Source: Candidatus Helarchaeota archaeon
GTDB taxonomy: Archaea; Asgardarchaeota; Lokiarchaeia; Helarchaeales; RDOG01
Length of the DNA stretch: 64,000 nt
Direction of reading: 5' to 3'
Assembly: GCA_019058315.1 (NCBI GenBank)
Contig: JAHPZH010000005.1
Location: 64,001-128,000 of the forward strand
Shown here piece by piece: positions 57,983 through 64,000 of the stretch. The stretch's first letter is position 1. Every line of letters starts with the position of its first letter. The position numbers and the translations under genes were made by a program. The notes below the pieces were generated by a model. The model was not told the DNA's origin. It saw only the letters and a program-made list of their open reading frames with translations, and did no database searches.

Positions 57983-59539
57983 TTACTTAAGTTCCATAAT
58001 CCAGATAATATCTCCAATATCAAGTTTTTTCAAAAAATCTAATCCTTCTTCAACATTTCCAATATAATTTGTTGCCTCTAAAACTTCTCCAGTAGCACCA
58101 TACTGAGTGCTTTCATCTAATCGAATACCTATTAACCCAGTTAATCGCCTCATTGCGTTAGTTAAACCTATATCACCCGGTCTATAAATTTCTGGTGAAT
58201 ATTCTCGTGGAACAGTTCGAATAGTTCTCTTTCGACTAAGTGGTGCTAATAAAACCATATTTTCGGTTACTTCCATTATTTGGAGTCGTCCAATTGGTGT
58301 GTGAATCATGTCTGCCGCTGTTCGAAAGTGCATGGTGCTTCTAGGAGAACTTTCATCATCAAGTTTAACTTTGATTAGTAAATCAGGATCGAGTCCTAAT
58401 GATTCTACGGATTTTTTTGTCCAGACGTCCATGGTATATTGAGGATTTTGTTCAATTATTATTGCATCATCCCCTTTGTATCCATTTCTTATTAATATAA
58501 TATTTCTTCGAGCAAGGTATTCTTCTGCTTCTCTATTTGTCATTTGAATAATCCGTAAATTATCCGGAATCGTTTTAATCAAAATTTTATCCTCTAATCC
58601 TGCATGTGTAATAATATCGATGCCCTTAGTGACCCTACCTATAACATTATGAGACGCTGTAAAGGATGTATCTTGTTTATAAAAGTATAATGCACCGACT
58701 TCATGACCGGAATTTCTAACCGTTATTGCTCCTTTCACTCTAAAAACAGTATGTTCTTTCTCAACTTTTATTCCAACAAGATCATTATTTTGCAAATACA
58801 TTGAGGTTGAGAAATCTACAGATAAAATATTGTTGCTATTTTTAATTATACTTAAAAAATGATCTGCGGATTGAGGTGCATTCTCAGATAGTACTACTTC
58901 AATATAAGAATTAATTTTCATATTCTTAGTTACTTTTTTTTCTATAATGTCTTCATAATATAAAATTGCAGAAAATTCTCTGCTTAATTTAGTTGGTCGA
59001 ATATCAATTATAGAATCTGTTCTTCCAAAGCTCGGAAGTAAGTATTCTCCTCGAATTACTGTTCCAAATATACCATTGCTTTTTGTCTCTGGAGCTCCAT
59101 ATGTTCCTTCATGGTTTAATTTACAAAAACATAAATGGGCATTTTCAGAATCAAAACCGCCAAAACTAAAAAATATGTCTCTTTTTTTATATTTAACTGG
59201 TGTTTTTAAAGCATTTAAATTGAATTCTCTTAAATCTATAGGTCCGAAGGTTAGAATTGGTCGGGCTAACCAGCCAACGCTTTGGTTTTTCAAATTTTTA
59301 TAAATTTTCATCCAAATTTGTTGAAATTCAATATCTGTTAAACGAATTTCTATTAGACCTTTGGTAGTTTCGATCTCGAATTCTTGAATTTCCTCCCTTT
59401 CTTCAATTTGTTCTTCTTCCCATGTAATCACAATAACACAACGTTTATCAAAGGGCATATTTGCTTCTTTTAATGCCTCAAATACCGTACTTCCCTCTTT
59501 TACTTGGAATTCAACTCCATTAATTTCTATAGGAATCAT
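57983..59539 (-). CDS. mmp3: Methanogenesis marker protein 3 (cyclophilin-like)
   Basis: 'IETTKG', 'GAITVRNSG', 'SHNVIGRV', 'IGLTNAMRR..GLIGIRL....YGATGE....TNYIG'. The ATG at 59539 (MIPIEING) is preferred over 59587. Confidence 0.88.
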   Translation of the reverse strand: MIPIEINGVEFQVKEGSTVFEALKEANMPFDKRCVIVITWEEEQIEEREEIQEFEIETTKGLIEIRLTDIEFQQIWMKIYKNLKNQSVGWLARPILTFGPIDLREFNLNALKTPVKYKKRDIFFSFGGFDSENAHLCFCKLNHEGTYGAPETKSNGIFGTVIRGEYLLPSFGRTDSIIDIRPTKLSREFSAILYYEDIIEKKVTKNMKINSYIEVVLSENAPQSADHFLSIIKNSNNILSVDFSTSMYLQNNDLVGIKVEKEHTVFRVKGAITVRNSGHEVGALYFYKQDTSFTASHNVIGRVTKGIDIITHAGLEDKILIKTIPDNLRIIQMTNREAEEYLARRNIILIRNGYKGDDAIIIEQNPQYTMDVWTKKSVESLGLDPDLLIKVKLDDESSPRSTMHFRTAADMIHTPIGRLQIMEVTENMVLLAPLSRKRTIRTVPREYSPEIYRPGDIGLTNAMRRLTGLIGIRLDESTQYGATGEVLEATNYIGNVEEGLDFLKKLDIGDIIWIMELK

Positions 59540-59691
59540 AAAACATTGCCAAAAAAAATTATATGGAATATATAAAAGCAAACACAAAACAATTTTTATA
59601 TTCTTCCAGCAATCGATGAAAAGTTAATATATAATTAATATTAAATTTATCTCAATATGTTTTATATAATATAATTCCAAAGGTTTTTATC

Positions 59692-60537
59692 TTGTTGCGT
59701 GAGCTTACAATTTTCCGTGGGCATGATAAAATTTTCCAACAAATATATGGTCATTCCTTAGATCTTTCATCATTAGTAGATTTCCTAAGGCAGATCAAGA
59801 AAGATTTTATTCAAATTATAAAGATTGTAGAGTTTAAAATCGCTTATGCAGTTAATAGAGAAAGAGATTTACTCTTCTTATTCATTACCGATTTTACAGA
59901 TGATGATCTAACAATTTATAATACTCTTGAACCTATGATTGAAGAATTCATTGAAAAATATGGAGAAAGTATAAAAACCGCTCCATCAGAAACATTTAAT
60001 TCATTCCTGGATATAGCGGATAGGGTTTTTGAAGAAGTTAGAAATAAAGTCACATTAATCGGATTTTCAGGGACTGGTAAAACCACAATCGCAAGGTTAT
60101 TGGAAAAAAAGGAATTACCGAAACGTCACATTGCCACAATTGTTGGAAATGAAGTTAAGATTCCATTAACTGATGGGACTAAACTTTATTTTTGGGATAG
60201 TGCAGGGCAAGAGAGATATTCAAAAATGTGGCCGAAATTTATTGAGGGAGCGGATCTCGTCATGCTTATTGTCGATTCTACAGAAGAAAACGTTCATGAA
60301 TCTCGTTTATTCTTAAAATTAATTGAAGATAATGAACCAGCAGCAAAAGTTGTAATAATAGCCAATAAACAAGACTTACCAGACAAATTGTATCCTCAAG
60401 AAATTCAAAAACGATTAGTAGATAAAAGATTAGGGGAAATTCCCACATATGGTTTTGTAGCTCTCGATCCTGAAAATCGTACAAAAATGTTGGAGATTAT
60501 TAAAGATAACTTACGACTATATTCGATTAAATTTTGA
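59692..60537 (+). CDS. Longin-like domain fused to an Arf/Rag-like small GTPase
   Basis: G1 GFSGTGKTT, G3 WDSAGQE, G4 NKQD; N-terminal 'LLFLFITDFTDD...EEFIEKY'. Confidence 0.85.
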   Translation: MLRELTIFRGHDKIFQQIYGHSLDLSSLVDFLRQIKKDFIQIIKIVEFKIAYAVNRERDLLFLFITDFTDDDLTIYNTLEPMIEEFIEKYGESIKTAPSETFNSFLDIADRVFEEVRNKVTLIGFSGTGKTTIARLLEKKELPKRHIATIVGNEVKIPLTDGTKLYFWDSAGQERYSKMWPKFIEGADLVMLIVDSTEENVHESRLFLKLIEDNEPAAKVVIIANKQDLPDKLYPQEIQKRLVDKRLGEIPTYGFVALDPENRTKMLEIIKDNLRLYSIKF

Positions 60538-60644
60538 GTTTTTTTAATTTCAAACTGTTGAATTTTTTAATATAAGCTCAAGTCTAATTTATATTCATTA
60601 GAAGAAAAATAAATTAAAAATAATAACGACTTTTATTGAAAAAA

Positions 60645-60875
60645 TTAACCAATTTTCTTTAGATATTGGTCTCTACACTTTGGACATTCTGGTTCATGTA
60701 GAGGATCACTGAATGTGGAGTCCCAAGCGCAGTTGGGGCACTTTAAGAGATCTCCCGAGTGCATAATCCTGTAAAGCTTATTATGTCCTGTGGTACAATC
60801 GGGACAAACAGGAACCATTATAGCTTCTTCTTCTGAGAATTCATATTCGCATCTAGTGCATTTATATTTTACCAT
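60645..60875 (-). CDS. Small double zinc-ribbon protein
   Basis: Four CxxC pairs in 76 aa; SD-like GGAG upstream. Confidence 0.8.
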   Translation of the reverse strand: MVKYKCTRCEYEFSEEEAIMVPVCPDCTTGHNKLYRIMHSGDLLKCPNCAWDSTFSDPLHEPECPKCRDQYLKKIG

Positions 60876-60921
60876 ATTAAACTCTCCATTTTCTAAGAAA
60901 AAAAATTATAGAATGATTATT

Positions 60922-62157
60922 TTAAGATATCGATATTGGAAAGTTTTCGGGTTCTTCACCTTCGTCAACACGTTCTATGTGAGCTTGGAATAACTTTTCT
61001 TTTTTAATTTTTGCTGCCTGATTTGTAGCATCCGCATATTCAAATCTACTTGAATCCTTTCCTTTCCAAATCCAAATTATATTCTGACCAGGGTCCGATA
61101 TAATTGCAACCATTTTACTATTGATGGCATCTGTCTCTTCTAAGCCTTCCCTCTTTACTTGGTATATCTTTAGTTCCATTGCTTCTTCTTCAGGCATTTC
61201 ACTTGTCAGCATAATTTTAATCTTAGGTCTATCTGCACTACGCCAACCACAGCTCGTGTTCGGGCAGTATTTCCGTATTAGCTGCTTTTCACCTTCTACA
61301 AATTTATATTCTTCATAAGTTGGGAAGCCACATTTGGGACATGGACCGCCTTTTACCGTTTCTTCAGCTTTTTCATAAACAGGTTTCTTAGGAATTTGCT
61401 CTTTTAATTCTTCTATTTTATTATTAAGTTCTGTGATTTTTTTATTTAATTCATCCGTTTCAGTATTAGCTGCATCAATTTTACTATTTAATTCATTAAT
61501 TTTTTCGTCTTTTACTGAAACTTCTTTTTTTAGTGAATCGAACTGAGCTAATTGATCCTCAAGATCCTTTATTTTTGATTCATTCTCAGATTTAAGGTTT
61601 TCTAGCTCGGAAACGTTGCCCTCCAATTCTGAAGCTTTACTCTTCAGATCAGAAACTTCGCCCTCCGATCCCGCACTTTTGTCTTTTAATGTAGAAATTT
61701 CATTTTTTTGTTCGTTAATTTGATTCTCCAGTTCGGAAATTTTACTATTTTTATTAGAAACCTCCTTGTCCAACTCTTCAAGTTCATTCGTTTTATCTGA
61801 GATCGCTTTTTCCAATTCGGATATTTTTTCTTTTTTTTCGTTTAAAGAATTTTCAGCATCTTTTTTAGTTGTAGAAAGTGAATTATTCAAATCATTAATT
61901 TTATTTTCTAATGAAGTAATGGTTTCTTTTTTTTCTTTAAGCTCGGTTTCTAAATTTTCTAGAATAGTTTTTAATTCATCATGATTCTTAGTTAATTCTG
62001 CAACGATTTTTTCTTGTGATTCTATTTTTAAATTTAGATCTAGAATATCAGTACCCAGAATTTTATGACTTTTACTTGGATTGCTTCTAATTTTATTAAG
62101 AAGATCTTTATCAATCGGCATAATAATCCCATGAAAATGTAATTTTATTTTTATCAA
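60922..62157 (-). CDS. Long coiled-coil + Zn ribbon + gelsolin-like domain protein (start probably the internal Met of MPIDK)
   Basis: About 220-aa heptad region, CPKC...CPNTSC, C-terminal 'IIWIWKGKDSSRFE...IERVDEGEEPENF'. Confidence 0.75.
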   Translation of the reverse strand: MIKIKLHFHGIIMPIDKDLLNKIRSNPSKSHKILGTDILDLNLKIESQEKIVAELTKNHDELKTILENLETELKEKKETITSLENKINDLNNSLSTTKKDAENSLNEKKEKISELEKAISDKTNELEELDKEVSNKNSKISELENQINEQKNEISTLKDKSAGSEGEVSDLKSKASELEGNVSELENLKSENESKIKDLEDQLAQFDSLKKEVSVKDEKINELNSKIDAANTETDELNKKITELNNKIEELKEQIPKKPVYEKAEETVKGGPCPKCGFPTYEEYKFVEGEKQLIRKYCPNTSCGWRSADRPKIKIMLTSEMPEEEAMELKIYQVKREGLEETDAINSKMVAIISDPGQNIIWIWKGKDSSRFEYADATNQAAKIKKEKLFQAHIERVDEGEEPENFPISIS

Positions 62158-62260
62158 TTAACATATAATCAATTAACATATATTTTTAGGAATCTTAGCT
62201 TATTTAATTTTTCAAATTCAGTTTATTCAGTTTTTCATTGTTTCTTTAAAATAATAATTT

Positions 62261-62761
62261 TTATTCTTCAATTTCAAGCATTGTTACAGAATCACCTGTA
62301 ATCTCAACAAAACCTTTCTCAACTAAAAGGGGAACTACTCTATTTTTTATAACAACTGCTGGAATTTTAGTTCCTTTATGTAACTCATCAAATGTAGCTG
62401 TATGTTCAGTACTTTCAGACAAGGTAATCAAAATATCTATAGATTCTTTCTGTGAAGGTAACCAGCTTGAAATTATCTTAGTAGAATATCTATATCCTTC
62501 CAATTTTTTATTCAAAGAGCTGTTCTCATTTTTTAATGGTTCAATTTCATCCTTCAACTTCATAAGTTCATTTTTTTCTTGTTCCAATTCTTGAATTTTT
62601 TCCTTAGTTCTTTGTAATTCGGCCTCCAATTCATCAATTTTATTGATTTTGTCTTTAGTTGTTTCTACTTCTTCTTTTAATTGCTCAATTTCTTTATTCT
62701 TTTCATCTAATTCGTTTTTAACAAGTGCCTTCAATTTTTCTAAATTTTCTAATATTGACAA
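62261..62761 (-). CDS. Coiled-coil + winged-helix-like protein
   Basis: N-terminal heptads; C-terminal 'TFDELHKGTKIPAVVIKNRVVPLLVEKGFVE'; SD GGAGG upstream. Confidence 0.65.
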   Translation of the reverse strand: MSILENLEKLKALVKNELDEKNKEIEQLKEEVETTKDKINKIDELEAELQRTKEKIQELEQEKNELMKLKDEIEPLKNENSSLNKKLEGYRYSTKIISSWLPSQKESIDILITLSESTEHTATFDELHKGTKIPAVVIKNRVVPLLVEKGFVEITGDSVTMLEIEE

Positions 62762-62868
62762 ACTTGAACCTCCATTGATTCATCCTCTTTTTTCTCAATG
62801 AGAAAATTAATTTTGGTTGACTAGTGTTATTATTCATTTTACTATAAGTATCTAAGTGGTAATAAAAA

Positions 62869-63714
62869 TTGATAGATTATCATATTCACTCAAAATTATG
62901 TCGTCATGGAGAAGGAGATTTAGAAGAATATGTTAAGTCAGCAATTAAAAAAGGTCTTATTGAAATTGGATTCTGTGAGCACTTCCCACAAGAATTTTTA
63001 ATTGAGGATTTACCTAAAAAATACCATAATTTAATTCCAATTGAAGATTATGCAATGCCATTTGATGAATTTCCTAATTATGTTGAGGAAGTATTGAGAC
63101 TACAAGCAGATTATAAAGATAAGATGATAATTAAATTAGGAACAGAATTTGATTTCTTAAAAAATAAAATTGACTTCATTTCTAAAGAAATAAGAAAATA
63201 TCCATTTGATTATGTTTACGGTTCTATCCATCAAATATATTTTAATGGAAAACCATTTGCATTTGATGATAGTCGATTCTTAAATTTTTATGATGAATAT
63301 GATATAGACCTTCTTTATGAAATTTATATTAAAGCCTTAGAACAATTAATTAGTTCAAAATTATTTGATGTTGTTTCACACTTAGATTTAATGAAGAAAT
63401 ATGGGTTTAGACCTAAAGATACAAGCAAATATAAATCATTAATAAACCAAATTTTAACTTTAATTCAAAAAAATGATTTAATTATCGAATTGAATACCGC
63501 AGGATCACGAAAGAAAGTAGGCGAATTTTATCCTGAAGATTTTATTTTACTCGGAGCATATGAAAAAGGAATCGATATCACTTTAGGCTCAGATGCACAT
63601 AAACCCAATGAAGTTGGTTATAAATTCGATGAAGCCATAAATAAATTAAAAAATATTGGTTTTGAATATATAATAAAATTTACAAGGAGAAAAAAGCAGG
63701 AATATTATATTTAA
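62869..63714 (+). CDS. Histidinol-phosphatase, PHP (HisJ) family
   Basis: 'DYHIHS', 'CEH', 'GSIH', 'SHLDL', 'ELNT', 'GSDAH'. Confidence 0.85.
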   Translation: MIDYHIHSKLCRHGEGDLEEYVKSAIKKGLIEIGFCEHFPQEFLIEDLPKKYHNLIPIEDYAMPFDEFPNYVEEVLRLQADYKDKMIIKLGTEFDFLKNKIDFISKEIRKYPFDYVYGSIHQIYFNGKPFAFDDSRFLNFYDEYDIDLLYEIYIKALEQLISSKLFDVVSHLDLMKKYGFRPKDTSKYKSLINQILTLIQKNDLIIELNTAGSRKKVGEFYPEDFILLGAYEKGIDITLGSDAHKPNEVGYKFDEAINKLKNIGFEYIIKFTRRKKQEYYI

Positions 63715-64000
63715 TTTGAAAAACTTTTTTAAAAAAACTAATTTTTCCTAAATTCATAATCTTGAATAAATTAATTTGTTGATATTTAGACTAATTTGAA
63801 AAAAGTAATATAGAATTTTATTTGAAATAAAATTAATTATTTAAAGCAATTACTTAATTACTAACAAAATAATTCTAACAAAATAATTAAAAAGAAAGAA
63901 TATCTAGAATGAATAAATTTGATTAATTTTCGTGTTGATAATAATGGCTGTAAAAAACGACGTTTTAAAAGAGACTTTTGAAAAAGTTAAAGAATTTTTA

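Noticed and set aside
56955-59539. Claim that the organism is a methanogen
   Set aside because: No mcr or mtr genes are in the window, and these markers also occur in alkane oxidisers
5194-61984. Short opposite-strand or nested ORFs in the ORF track (e.g. 5194-5427, 7999-8550, 10275-10718, 11895-12233, 16424-16810, 23716-24120, 49664-50032, 56090-56398, 56959-57300, 61766-61984)
   Set aside because: They lie inside well-supported genes, mostly have the F/S/I/L-rich composition of antisense shadows, and show no recognisable motifs
60922-62761. SMC/Rad50 ATPase
   Set aside because: Coiled coils only; no Walker A/B or hinge motifs
63715-64000. RNA gene or origin in the AT-rich tail (also 54535-55036)
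   Set aside because: No GC-rich stems, tRNA cloverleaf or ORB-like repeats are recognisable

Overview
AT-rich archaeal chromosomal window, almost certainly from an Asgard archaeon. It carries many eukaryotic-signature proteins: six longin-like domains, a roadblock, a Sec23/24-like Zn-finger+vWA protein, Rab- and Arf-like GTPases, an actin-related protein, a gelsolin domain, SNAP-like TPR proteins and membrane RING proteins. Methanogenesis markers 3/6/5 plus acyl-CoA metabolism genes suggest an MCR/ACR-bearing, Helarchaeales-like lineage (inference). The standout is a minus-strand operon at 26962-34934. It encodes a signal-peptide-less alpha-2-macroglobulin/thioester protein (intact CVEQ), two TPR+vWA paralogues, and an actin-like protein lacking its first ~60 residues. 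Those missing residues appear, with a complementary breakpoint, inside the bait region of the macroglobulin. They are followed by short copies of a small-GTPase switch I, the actin C-terminus and a possible roadblock motif. I read this as a candidate intracellular decoy-baited trap or 'split actin' system. A second cluster (16180-26536) links a giant surface receptor with a cytoplasmic longin+TPR tail to a Rab-like GTPase, a PAS/GAF kinase and a response regulator fused to a uDENN/longin-like domain. I recognised no rRNA, tRNA, CRISPR array or intact mobile element. All assignments are by-eye motif recognition; no searches were run.
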